A stretch of 64,000 bases of DNA from Candidatus Omnitrophica bacterium UBA6233 (lineage in GTDB: Bacteria > Omnitrophota > Gorgyraeia > Gygaellales > Profunditerraquicolaceae). Positions 53,037-61,180 of the stretch are shown here, piece after piece. The DNA lies in assembly GCA_002440965.1 (NCBI GenBank), contig DJWJ01000011.1:61427-125426 (forward strand). The letters run 5' to 3'. Each line of letters begins with the position of its first letter. The stretch's first letter is position 1. Below the pieces are notes generated by a model. That model was not told the DNA's origin and made no database searches. It worked only from the letters and a program-made list of their open reading frames with translations. Made by a program: the position numbers and the translations under genes.

Positions 53037-53423
53037 TTATTTGAGTTCTACGGTAGCGCCGGCTGCTTCAAGTTTCTTCTTTATCTCTTCGGCTTCTTCT
53101 TTGGTTGCGCCTTCTTTAATCGGCTTGGGAGCGCCATCAACTAAATCTTTGGCTTCCTTTAAACCAAGATTGGTAATAGTGCGAACCTCTTTGATAACTG
53201 CGATTTTGTTTGCGCCTGAGCTGACTAAAACTACCGTAAAGGCAGTCTTCTCTTCGGCTGCAGGTGCAGCTCCAGCTGCGCCGCCTGCTGCGGGAGCAGC
53301 CATCATCGGCATATTTGCCTTAACCCCGAATTTCTCTTCCAGGGCTTTGACTAAATCCGATAGCTCCAGCACTGTCATGCCCTCTATCGACTTAATCATT
53401 TCATCTAACTTTGCGCTTGCCAT
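53037..53423 (-). CDS. rplL: 50S ribosomal protein L7/L12
   Basis: A 128 aa ORF has an Ala-rich hinge. Confidence 0.95.
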   Translation of the reverse strand: MASAKLDEMIKSIEGMTVLELSDLVKALEEKFGVKANMPMMAAPAAGGAAGAAPAAEEKTAFTVVLVSSGANKIAVIKEVRTITNLGLKEAKDLVDGAPKPIKEGATKEEAEEIKKKLEAAGATVELK

Positions 53424-53435
53424 TCCTTCCTCCTT

Positions 53436-53963
53436 TTAACTTGTCTTTTTTTGTTTTATTTGATCCAAACAAATAACAAATTTCGCCAATACCTGATTTA
53501 GCGTTATTACCAAACCCGATATCGGCGAATTCAATGCACCCACTACCTGAGCACGTAAAACTTCCTTGGATGGAAGCTTAGCCATATGCTCAATATCTTC
53601 TTTCTCGATTATTTTATCGCTTAACGCCCCGCCTTCAAGCTTAAGCTGTTCATGCTCTTTGGTAAAATTACATAAAACTTGCGATGCTCCCACGGGTTCG
53701 TCTTTAATAAAAATCAAACCGCACGGACCGTCTATATTCTTAACCAGAGGCTCTAATGCTGAATCCTTAAATGCCCGGCGGGCAACACTGTTTTTTACTA
53801 TAAACAAAGAAGCGTTTGCTCCTTTTAAAATTTGCCTTAATGAACATAAATCCGGGCTGGACACTCCGGAGTATTTGACGATAAATACCGTCCCGGAATC
53901 TTTCAGGGTATCTTTAATACGGCTCTGCGAAGCCTCCTTAACAATTAAACCGATTTTTTTCAT
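53436..53963 (-). CDS. rplJ: 50S ribosomal protein L10
   Basis: A 175 aa ORF. Confidence 0.95.
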   Translation of the reverse strand: MKKIGLIVKEASQSRIKDTLKDSGTVFIVKYSGVSSPDLCSLRQILKGANASLFIVKNSVARRAFKDSALEPLVKNIDGPCGLIFIKDEPVGASQVLCNFTKEHEQLKLEGGALSDKIIEKEDIEHMAKLPSKEVLRAQVVGALNSPISGLVITLNQVLAKFVICLDQIKQKKTS

Positions 53964-54066
53964 AGTTCGACTCGTTTCACTCGCTCACTATGAACCCTGA
54001 GCTTGGTAGCGCTTCGACTCTACTCAGTGTCGCTGGTGAGCAAGGTCGAACCACCGAAGGGTTCGT
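53964..54066. repeat. R1 hairpin repeat, copy 3 (long variant), between rplA and rplJ
   Basis: The sequence is AGTTCGACTCgtttCACTCGCTCACTATGAACCCTGAG followed by a 52-nt insert containing a second TTCGACTC, then GAAGGGTTCG. Confidence 0.75.
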
Positions 54067-54071
54067 TTTAT

Positions 54072-54752
54072 TTATACCGCTAAAGTTAATCCCGGATTCA
54101 TCGATGTGGCGATAGAAAGGCTTTTTACAAACTTACCTTTCACTGATGCCGGCTTTGTCTCGTTTAATGCCTCAATTACTCTTGAGGCATTATCATATAA
54201 TTTATCTTCGCTAAAAGACACTTTACCTACTGAAAGATGAACCCCACCCTGCTTATCCACGCGGAATTCCACTTTGCCTTTTTTTACATCTTCAATCGCT
54301 TTCAATATATCGTTAGTAACAGTTCCGGTTTTTGGACTAGGCATCAGGCCACGGGGACCTAGAATCTTGCCTAATTTACTTAAATCCTTCATCATCTCAG
54401 GAGTGGCAATCACGCAATCAAAATCCATAAAACCAGCCGCTACTTTGTCTATAAGCTCTACTCCACCCACATGATCGGCATTGGCAGAACGGGCAATCTT
54501 TTCGTGTTCTCCCTTACAAAAAACCGCCACCCGGATCTTTTTACCTGTTCCATGCGGCAGGATAACAGTTCCACGAACCATTTGATCGCTCTTCTTTGTA
54601 TCAACGCTTAAATTAAAGTGTAAATCTACAGAACTGTCAAATTTCGTCAGAGCCATTTTCTTCAACACAGTTATGGCCTCTTTAAGCTGATATATCTTAT
54701 CCCTGTCTAACAGCTTAACCGATTCCTTATATCTTTTGCTGCGCGTTTTCAT
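54072..54752 (-). CDS. rplA: 50S ribosomal protein L1
   Basis: A 226 aa ORF. Confidence 0.95.
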   Translation of the reverse strand: MKTRSKRYKESVKLLDRDKIYQLKEAITVLKKMALTKFDSSVDLHFNLSVDTKKSDQMVRGTVILPHGTGKKIRVAVFCKGEHEKIARSANADHVGGVELIDKVAAGFMDFDCVIATPEMMKDLSKLGKILGPRGLMPSPKTGTVTNDILKAIEDVKKGKVEFRVDKQGGVHLSVGKVSFSEDKLYDNASRVIEALNETKPASVKGKFVKSLSIATSMNPGLTLAV

Positions 54753-54758
54753 AGTAAT

Positions 54759-55187
54759 TTAACCCTCAACTGCTATGCCCATACTGCGGGCTGTTCCTTC
54801 AATAACCTTGATTGCTTGAGCCATATCCGAAGTATTTAAATCCGACATTTTCTGCTTGGCAATCTCCTCAACCTGCTTCTTAGTAACCTTGCCTATAATC
54901 TCTTTTCCGCTGATGCCGCTGGCCTTGGCTAAATTTGCCGCGCGCTTCAAAAGAACGGATGATGGCGGGCTCTTTATAATAAAGGTAAAGGATCTATCTT
55001 CATATACGCTGATAACAACCGGAAGGATCAATCCATCCCGGCCTTTAGTCTGATCATTGAACTGCTTACAGAACTGCATGATATTCACGCCATGCTGTCC
55101 TAATGCCGGGCCAACCGGAGGTGCCGGATTAGCCTGAGCAGCCGGAACATGTAATTTAATCTGCGCTTTAATCGCTTTCTTTGCCAT
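54759..55187 (-). CDS. rplK: 50S ribosomal protein L11
   Basis: A 142 aa ORF. Confidence 0.95.
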   Translation of the reverse strand: MAKKAIKAQIKLHVPAAQANPAPPVGPALGQHGVNIMQFCKQFNDQTKGRDGLILPVVISVYEDRSFTFIIKSPPSSVLLKRAANLAKASGISGKEIIGKVTKKQVEEIAKQKMSDLNTSDMAQAIKVIEGTARSMGIAVEG

Positions 55188-55189
55188 AT

Positions 55190-55717
55190 TTAAATTTTCT
55201 CAACCTGCCAATACTCCAACTCAACCGGAGTAGAACGCCCAAAGATAGAAACACTCACCTTAATCTTGCCTTTTTCCGGATGGATCTCGTCGATTGTCCC
55301 GTTGAAATTCTGAAATGGACCTTCGGTTACCCTTACCTGCTCACCCTTCTCAAAAACGATCTTCGGACTAGGTTTAACTTGAGTGTCTTTTGTCTTCTTT
55401 AAGATATTATCCACTTCGCTTTGAGGAAGAGGCATGGGTTTTTTACCTAGGCCTATGAAACCGGTAACTCCGGGAGCGGTCTTAACGAACAAATACGTCT
55501 TTTCATTCAGTTCCATTTCTACCAAAAGATAGCCCGGAAAGAATTTTCTTTGGGATATTTTCTTTTTTCCGGAACGAACTTCAGAAACCTGCTCAGTTGG
55601 AATGATTACGCTCGAAATAGAATCCTGTAAACCAGAAGCGGCAATCTTGTTCTCTAAAGAAGTTTTTACTTTATCCTCTAAGCCAGTTTGTGTATGCACT
55701 ACGTACCAGTTCTTCAT
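55190..55717 (-). CDS. nusG: Transcription antitermination factor NusG
   Basis: A 175 aa ORF has an NGN domain plus a KOW motif. Confidence 0.95.
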   Translation of the reverse strand: MKNWYVVHTQTGLEDKVKTSLENKIAASGLQDSISSVIIPTEQVSEVRSGKKKISQRKFFPGYLLVEMELNEKTYLFVKTAPGVTGFIGLGKKPMPLPQSEVDNILKKTKDTQVKPSPKIVFEKGEQVRVTEGPFQNFNGTIDEIHPEKGKIKVSVSIFGRSTPVELEYWQVEKI

Positions 55718-55908
55718 TATTTGAATAGTAAGCTTAATAATTTGGAAAGGAAAATATCCAACACTCCGATAAAAATACCCAGTATTAAAGTCACGACTAT
55801 AACCACCAGCGTTGATGCTAATAACTCTTCACGCGTACTCCAAGCAACCTTCCCTAACTCTGCCTTTACTTCTTTGATAAAATTTACCGGTCTTGCTATT
55901 AAGTTCAT
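55717..55908 (-). CDS. secE: Preprotein translocase SecE. The start is at MNLIARP. The longer track ORF would overlap tRNA-Trp.
   Basis: A 63 aa ORF with a single TM helix. An AAGGAA RBS lies upstream of the ATG at 55908. Confidence 0.85.
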   Translation of the reverse strand: MNLIARPVNFIKEVKAELGKVAWSTREELLASTLVVIVVTLILGIFIGVLDIFLSKLLSLLFK

Positions 55909-55946
55909 AGTTCCTTTTTTTGCCCCTTGACCGCCTTCAAAAACTA

Positions 55947-56017
55947 CAGGAGCGGCAGGACTTGAACCTGCAGTCACGGTTTTGGAGACCGTTGGTTTGC
56001 CATTAACCGACGCCCCT
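55947..56017 (-). tRNA. trnW: tRNA-Trp (anticodon CCA)
   Basis: The reverse complement is AGGGGCGTCGGTTAATGGCAAACCAACGGTCTCCAAAACCGTGACTGCAGGTTCAAGTCCTGCCGCTCCTG. It forms a cloverleaf with a 7-bp acceptor stem (one G-U pair) and a GGTTCAAGT T-loop. The anticodon loop is CTCCAAA. Confidence 0.85.
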
Positions 56018-56022
56018 AATCA

Positions 56023-56172
56023 TTATTTTGTTTCTTTATGCGGGGTATGCTTATGACAGGACTGACAAAACTTGTTTATCTCTAAACGGTCCTGATGCAG
56101 TTTCTTGTTCTTTGTCGTCGTATAATTTCTATTCTTGCAAACCGTACACTCTAATGTAATGATTTCGCGCAT
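56023..56172 (-). CDS. rpmG: 50S ribosomal protein L33
   Basis: The reverse complement encodes [49 protein letters not shown] (49 aa, C4 zinc ribbon). It is below the ORF-track cutoff. Confidence 0.9.
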   Translation of the reverse strand: MREIITLECTVCKNRNYTTTKNKKLHQDRLEINKFCQSCHKHTPHKETK

Positions 56173-56231
56173 TTTTTAATGAGCGCATAGCTTACGAACA
56201 CTATAGCGTAAGTAAGTTATTGCGCGAATTA

Positions 56232-56304
56232 AGCTGGAGACGAGAATTGAACTCGTGACCCCGTCCTTACCAAGGACGTGCTCTGCCAACTGAGCTACTC
56301 CAGC
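56232..56304 (-). tRNA. trnT: tRNA-Thr (anticodon GGT)
   Basis: The reverse complement is GCTGGAGTAGCTCAGTTGGCAGAGCACGTCCTTGGTAAGGACGGGGTCACGAGTTCAATTCTCGTCTCCAGCT, 73 nt. The anticodon stem is CGTCC/GGACG and the loop is TTGGTAA. Confidence 0.85.
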
Positions 56305-56436
56305 GTTACCTTTTTAATGACCGCCGGAGGAATGATTCCCAAAATAAAAAAAATCCAGCAAAGAAATTTTTTTAAACTTCTTTTTGTATATTCCAAATTA
56401 AAGTTATGCTGTTACCTCGATTTACGTAAGCAATAA

Positions 56437-56465
56437 AATATATACTAATTTGACATACTTGTCAA
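56437..56465 (-). promoter_or_regulatory. Near-consensus sigma70 promoter (TTGACA-17-TATATT) for the tRNA-Thr/rpmG/tRNA-Trp/secE/nusG unit
   Basis: On the minus strand, TTGACA lies at 56465..56460, overlapping the ksgA stop. It is followed by a 17-nt spacer agtatgtcaaattagta and the -10 element TATATT at 56442..56437. Confidence 0.55.
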
Positions 56466-57274
56466 GCTTTTTTTATTGAAAATTGCAGATTAGCCAAAAA
56501 AGCAAAATTTTCCAGAGTTAATCTTTCCGGCCGGATATTTCGATCCAAAGAAATCTCGCTAAAAAATTTATCCAGAACTTGCGGGTCTACAATTCCCAAA
56601 AGGCTGTTCCTCAATATCTTTCTCCTCTTGCCGAAACCGCTTCTTACAATCTTAAAAAAAAGCGCTTCACTAGCTACATTGACCGCTGGGTGATTCCGGA
56701 TTTCCAATTTCAGGAACGAAGAGTCTACTTTGGGCAACGGACGAAAACAATTCTTACTAATATCGAACAATATTTTAGGTAACGCGTAATACTGCGTAAA
56801 ACAACTAAATGATCCGTAATCTTTTGAGCCGGGGATTGCTGCCACTCTTGCGCCAAACTCTTTCTGCACCGTTAAAAATATTTCGCCTATATGCTTACAG
56901 AATCCCAGTAAGTGCTCGATTATAGGACTAGAAATATAATAAGGTATATTGCCAAAAACTTTTATCTTACTTTCAATTCTTCTATCCTTAACAAAACCGT
57001 CTAAGTCAAATTTTAAGACATCCTGATTAATGATTTCGGTATTTTTGCAACCGGCAAGTGACTCGCTCAAGATTTCTAGTAACCTTTTATCAATCTCCAA
57101 AGCATAAACCCTGCTCACTCTAGGAGCAATTAAAGCGGTCAGTTCCCCTCTTCCTGATCCTATCTCAAATATAATATCCGATTCTTTTAATTCCAAAGAA
57201 TTAATAATCTTATTCCGGATATTTTGATCAACTAGGAAATTTTGGCCTAAGCTCTTTTTAGATTTAATGCGCAT
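56462..57274 (-). CDS. rsmA: 16S rRNA (adenine1518/1519-N6)-dimethyltransferase RsmA/KsgA
   Basis: A 270 aa ORF has the SAM motif IFEIGSGRGELT. Confidence 0.9.
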   Translation of the reverse strand: MRIKSKKSLGQNFLVDQNIRNKIINSLELKESDIIFEIGSGRGELTALIAPRVSRVYALEIDKRLLEILSESLAGCKNTEIINQDVLKFDLDGFVKDRRIESKIKVFGNIPYYISSPIIEHLLGFCKHIGEIFLTVQKEFGARVAAIPGSKDYGSFSCFTQYYALPKILFDISKNCFRPLPKVDSSFLKLEIRNHPAVNVASEALFFKIVRSGFGKRRKILRNSLLGIVDPQVLDKFFSEISLDRNIRPERLTLENFAFLANLQFSIKKA

Positions 57275-58254
57275 TTTACGGCTAGTCTAATAGCAGCAAT
57301 CAAAGAGCTAGGATCGGCTAACTTAGAATTATTGGCTATATCAAACGCGGTGCCGTGCAAAGGAGACGTTCTTATAAAAGGCAGGCCCAGGGTTAAATTT
57401 ACGCCGCTTTCTGCAGAGGTAAGCTTTAAAGGTATTAACGCCTGATCATGATAAATAGCAACAACGCAATCATATTGGCCGTCGGCTGCCCTTGAAATAG
57501 CTATATCGCTAGGTAAAGGGCCTTCGATTCCCGCCTTAACAACCTTCCTGATTTCCTTTAAACAAGGCTTGATTATTGTATTCTCTTCCTTCCCGATTAA
57601 ACCATTATCCGAAGCGTGAGGATTTATCCCGCAAACGACAATCCGCGGATTCTTAATCCCAAACACTTTCCGAAGCGACCTATACGTAAGAAGAATATTG
57701 TTGTAGAGCTTATGCTTATTCAGATTCGATGCAACTTTAGATAAAGCCAAATGCCTTGTGGCTAAACTAAACCTCAACTTATCGTTAATCAGCATCATAA
57801 CTACATCGCTAACGCCAGTATTCCTGATAAAGTATTCGGTATGCCCACTGTAATTAAAACCAGCCAGGTTAACTGCCTCTTTCGATATCGGAGCAGTTAC
57901 TAAACAATCTATCTGTTTTTTCTTCAATAATCCCAAGGCAAAGTCTAAATATTCAATAGACGCTCGTCCGTATTCAGCCCTAATCCTTCCGAAAGAAAAT
58001 CTTCTACGGTCAACATTATTTAAGTCATTAAATTTGACTTTTGATTCCTCCGGCCCGCCGCCGTAACGGCTGATGAACTTTTGGACTTTTGGAACCCGGC
58101 TTAGAACCCAATTATCTCCTATGATCGTAAAATCCGCAAAGCCCTTAAGCTCGTTAAGGGCTTTTAAAATTACCGCCGGGCCTATTCCGGAAGGATCCCC
58201 TATAGTGATACCGACCTTAATTGAGTTTGATATAAGACTTGTTTTTGAGCTCAT
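57247..58254 (-). CDS. pdxA: 4-hydroxythreonine-4-phosphate dehydrogenase PdxA
   Basis: A 335 aa ORF has ITIGDPSGIGPAV. It overlaps rsmA by 28 nt. Confidence 0.9.
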   Translation of the reverse strand: MSSKTSLISNSIKVGITIGDPSGIGPAVILKALNELKGFADFTIIGDNWVLSRVPKVQKFISRYGGGPEESKVKFNDLNNVDRRRFSFGRIRAEYGRASIEYLDFALGLLKKKQIDCLVTAPISKEAVNLAGFNYSGHTEYFIRNTGVSDVVMMLINDKLRFSLATRHLALSKVASNLNKHKLYNNILLTYRSLRKVFGIKNPRIVVCGINPHASDNGLIGKEENTIIKPCLKEIRKVVKAGIEGPLPSDIAISRAADGQYDCVVAIYHDQALIPLKLTSAESGVNLTLGLPFIRTSPLHGTAFDIANNSKLADPSSLIAAIRLAVKCALNLKRA

Positions 58255-59212
58255 CTAACCATTTAGCCATTTCTTCCTGCATTTTCTTTTCAAATAAAAA
58301 AACTTGGATTTTATACTGCACTTCATTAAGGGGCAACTCTCTGGAAGGAACTATATTAACGAGTTTAAATATATAGTATTTGTCATCCATTTTAACCACG
58401 CCGGAAATTTCATTAGCCCCCAGATTAAAAACGGCTTCTTCGACTTCCTTCTTCAAGGATTCGCCTGAAAGCACCTTGAACTTATTCACCGTAAAAGGAT
58501 ACCTCGTCGCCAGATCCGCCGGAGTTTTGCCGATCTTCAGATTATACGCAAAGCTATCAGCCAAATCCTGACTTTCCAAGGCAAAGGCTTCAAATTCTCT
58601 TTCTTCTCCCGAGGAAAAATCCTTTTTGTTGGATTCATAAAAACTGGTTATCTCCTCAGGCTTCACATTAATCTTGCTACGCACTTTCTGTTCAATCACT
58701 CCATACATAAAAAACTGATCCCTTATCTTATTCTCGATATCTGCCTGCGTCAGCCCCTGCTTAACCAACTCCCGCTGAAAATCTTCGTCTGAATTATAAC
58801 GTTTCTTGACCTCGCTGATTCTGGCTTTAACCCTTGCCTCTTCCACGGGAATCTTTTCTTTTTTTGCCTCTTGCAGAATAAGACGATCCTCGACAAGCCG
58901 GCCTAACAAATCCATTTTTAGAGAATTAATCCTGGTTTCAAGTTCCTTACCCTTATATTCTTTCATCAACTGCATACTCATAAAATGCAAGAAGTCATTC
59001 AGGTCTTTCTGCGTAACAACTTCGTTATTAACGATAGCCACAATTTTATCCTCAGCATAGACAGAATAAATCCAGGTGCCAAAACTAAAATTACAAATAC
59101 CAAAGCCCAAAATTAAAAATAAGCACAAATAACAAATACTAAATGAACAAACCTTTGTTTTGATATTTGGCGTTTTTATTTCAGGTTTATTTTGAGCTTT
59201 GAATTTTATCAT
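58217..59212 (-). CDS. surA: SurA-like periplasmic chaperone / parvulin PPIase (single PPIase domain); start uncertain
   Basis: A 331 aa ORF has a mature N-terminus EDKIVAIVNNEVV like SurA (DKVAAVVNN). The predicted signal peptide is encoded inside repeat P4. Confidence 0.7.
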   Translation of the reverse strand: MIKFKAQNKPEIKTPNIKTKVCSFSICYLCLFLILGFGICNFSFGTWIYSVYAEDKIVAIVNNEVVTQKDLNDFLHFMSMQLMKEYKGKELETRINSLKMDLLGRLVEDRLILQEAKKEKIPVEEARVKARISEVKKRYNSDEDFQRELVKQGLTQADIENKIRDQFFMYGVIEQKVRSKINVKPEEITSFYESNKKDFSSGEEREFEAFALESQDLADSFAYNLKIGKTPADLATRYPFTVNKFKVLSGESLKKEVEEAVFNLGANEISGVVKMDDKYYIFKLVNIVPSRELPLNEVQYKIQVFLFEKKMQEEMAKWLDELKNKSYIKLN

Positions 59213-59220
59213 TTATCATT
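59080..59220. repeat. P-family palindrome, copy 4, overlapping the Mfd C-terminal codons and the SurA signal-peptide codons
   Basis: aaaactaaaattacaaataccaaagcccaaaattaaaaataagcacaaataacaaa... is mirrored by ...tttattttgagctttgaattttatcatttatcatt. Confidence 0.7.
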
Positions 59221-61100
59221 GCCTTTCTTAACGTAGAAATTCCCTCTCTCAATAATCTGCAATATAAATCAAAACCGACCGCCGAGATAAAACCATGCTG
59301 CTCTAATCCCAATAAGTTTCCCGCTCCCCTTATCTCCAAATCTTCCATAGCGATATTAAACCCGGCCCCGAGATCCGCATACTCCTGAATAGCAGCCAAT
59401 CTCTTACGGGCATCTTTTTCTAAAACAATATTTTTCGGTATCATAAAATATGCGTAAGCCGAGCGGTTAAACCTACCCACCCTGCCGCGTAACTGATGTA
59501 AATCCGCTAACCCGAACATATGCGCGTTATTTACAATTATAGTGTTAGCATTAGGAATATCTATGCCTGATTCAATAATCATTGTGGAAATAAGGCAATC
59601 TATCTCTCCTCGCAGGAAACGCCCCATTACATCCTCTAGCTCCTTAGGATGCATTTGACCGTGGCCTGTTTCCAGGCGCACTTCCCGGGGTAATTTTCGC
59701 GCCAACCTTTCTTTAACCTTATGAATATCTTCTATCCGGTTATGCAGAAAGAAAATTTGGCCTTTTCGGGAGATTTCCCTCAAGATTGCCTGCCGGATTA
59801 AATCATCATCATATTCTACCACAATTGTTTTTATAGGCAATCTGTTTTGCGGAGGAGTATTAATCGCGGATAAATCGCGCGCCCCCATTAAGCTCATATA
59901 CAAGGTCCGGGGAATGGGTGTCGCAGTCAATGTAAGCACATTCGCCGAAAGCCTAAATGCCTTTAGCTTTTCTTTATTCTTTACCCCAAAGCGCTGTTCT
60001 TCATCAATTATAATCAACCCCAACTCTTTGAAGAATACATCCTCTGATAAAAGCCTATGCGTTCCAATTACCATATCGACAGAACCGTCTTTTAACCCCT
60101 TCACCACTTCTTTTTGCTCACCCTCAGTCCTAAAACGGCAAAGAAGTTTTATGTTTAAAGGAAAACTTTTGAGCCGGGAGCTAAAATTCTGAAAATGCTG
60201 TTCGGCCAAAATGGTTGTAGGAACCAAATAAGCTACCTGTTTACCATCCATTACCGTTTTAAATGCCGCCCGCATTGCTACTTCGGTCTTACCATACCCA
60301 ACATCGCCACAAAGCAGCCTGTCCATAAGTTTTCCGGATTCCATATCTTTTTTGACTTCTAATGTAGCGTTCAGTTGATCCAAAGTCTCCTCATAAGGGA
60401 ATGAATCTTCGAATTCTCTCTGCCAATCGGTATCCCTGGAATAAGTAAAACCCTTTGTCGAAATACGCATAGCTTGCAAACTCAACAAATCCCAAGCCAT
60501 CTTTTGAATACCCTTACGCGCCCTTTCCTTTACCCGCGACCACTCTCTTCCTCCTAACCGGTAGAGCTTTGGCCGTTTCGCGTGAAAAGCAATATACTTC
60601 TGGACCAAATGCATTGATTCAACCGGCACGAAAAGTTTTTCCTGCCGGTCATACTCAATCACCAAATGGTCCCTGATTTTATCCTGATGCTTAATTTTGT
60701 TGAGGCCCAAAAACCTTCCTATGCCATGCTGATTATGCACCACATAATCGCCGACACTCAAATCGAGAAAACCTGTTAGCGACAAATCTGCGGTAATGGG
60801 AGTAGTCTTTAAGCTACCCGGTTTTTTAATGGGCAACAGAATAAGCATGTTATGTTGCCAAAGGCCCTCACCATTAGAAGGATTAAATGTCCTTATGGAA
60901 CTGATTGAATTGTTATCTAATTCTATTCTGACGGGAAGTTCGAAGGAATTCGGAAAGATATCGATTAAGCCGCCGCGACGGGAAAAATCACCCTCAACTA
61001 AAACAGCATCCTGCCTTTTATAGCCAAAAACAATAAACTCATTCAAGAGGCTTTCAAAATCGATCTCCTGACCAACGTATATCTTCAGGGACTTAAACAT
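59187..61100 (-). CDS. mfd: Truncated Mfd-like transcription-repair coupling factor (RNAP-interacting domain plus RecG-like translocase; lacks the UvrB-homology and D7 modules)
   Basis: A 637 aa ORF has the CarD/TRCF-type region VGDYVVHNQHGIGRFLG. It has helicase motif I (LLCGDVGYGKTEVAMRAAF) and motif II (IIDEEQRFGV). Only 80 nt separate it from secDF upstream, so no longer ORF is possible. Confidence 0.75.
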   Translation of the reverse strand: MFKSLKIYVGQEIDFESLLNEFIVFGYKRQDAVLVEGDFSRRGGLIDIFPNSFELPVRIELDNNSISSIRTFNPSNGEGLWQHNMLILLPIKKPGSLKTTPITADLSLTGFLDLSVGDYVVHNQHGIGRFLGLNKIKHQDKIRDHLVIEYDRQEKLFVPVESMHLVQKYIAFHAKRPKLYRLGGREWSRVKERARKGIQKMAWDLLSLQAMRISTKGFTYSRDTDWQREFEDSFPYEETLDQLNATLEVKKDMESGKLMDRLLCGDVGYGKTEVAMRAAFKTVMDGKQVAYLVPTTILAEQHFQNFSSRLKSFPLNIKLLCRFRTEGEQKEVVKGLKDGSVDMVIGTHRLLSEDVFFKELGLIIIDEEQRFGVKNKEKLKAFRLSANVLTLTATPIPRTLYMSLMGARDLSAINTPPQNRLPIKTIVVEYDDDLIRQAILREISRKGQIFFLHNRIEDIHKVKERLARKLPREVRLETGHGQMHPKELEDVMGRFLRGEIDCLISTMIIESGIDIPNANTIIVNNAHMFGLADLHQLRGRVGRFNRSAYAYFMIPKNIVLEKDARKRLAAIQEYADLGAGFNIAMEDLEIRGAGNLLGLEQHGFISAVGFDLYCRLLREGISTLRKAMINDKIQSSK

Positions 61101-61180
61101 TTTTATACTAATATACTAGGTAGAAGTACAGGTAGCGGTAAAGATACGGGGTTTTCTATGCCTTAACCTATACCATTTAT

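Noticed and set aside
54030-54066. tRNA-like T-arm (GGTTCGA) inside the long R1 copy
   Set aside because: No acceptor or anticodon stems could be built. It is a chance match within a hairpin repeat.
53964-54071. Interpreting the rplA-rplJ spacer as the classical L10 autoregulatory leader
   Set aside because: The same sequence element recurs upstream of rplO and a glycosyltransferase gene. It is therefore a dispersed repeat and not an rplJ-specific leader, though it may have replaced one.
55909-55977. Longer SecE N-terminus (MTAGSSPAAPVVFEGGQGAKKGT...) from the ORF track
   Set aside because: The extension overlaps a well-formed tRNA-Trp. The internal ATG at 55908 has an AAGGAA RBS and gives a normal 63-aa SecE.
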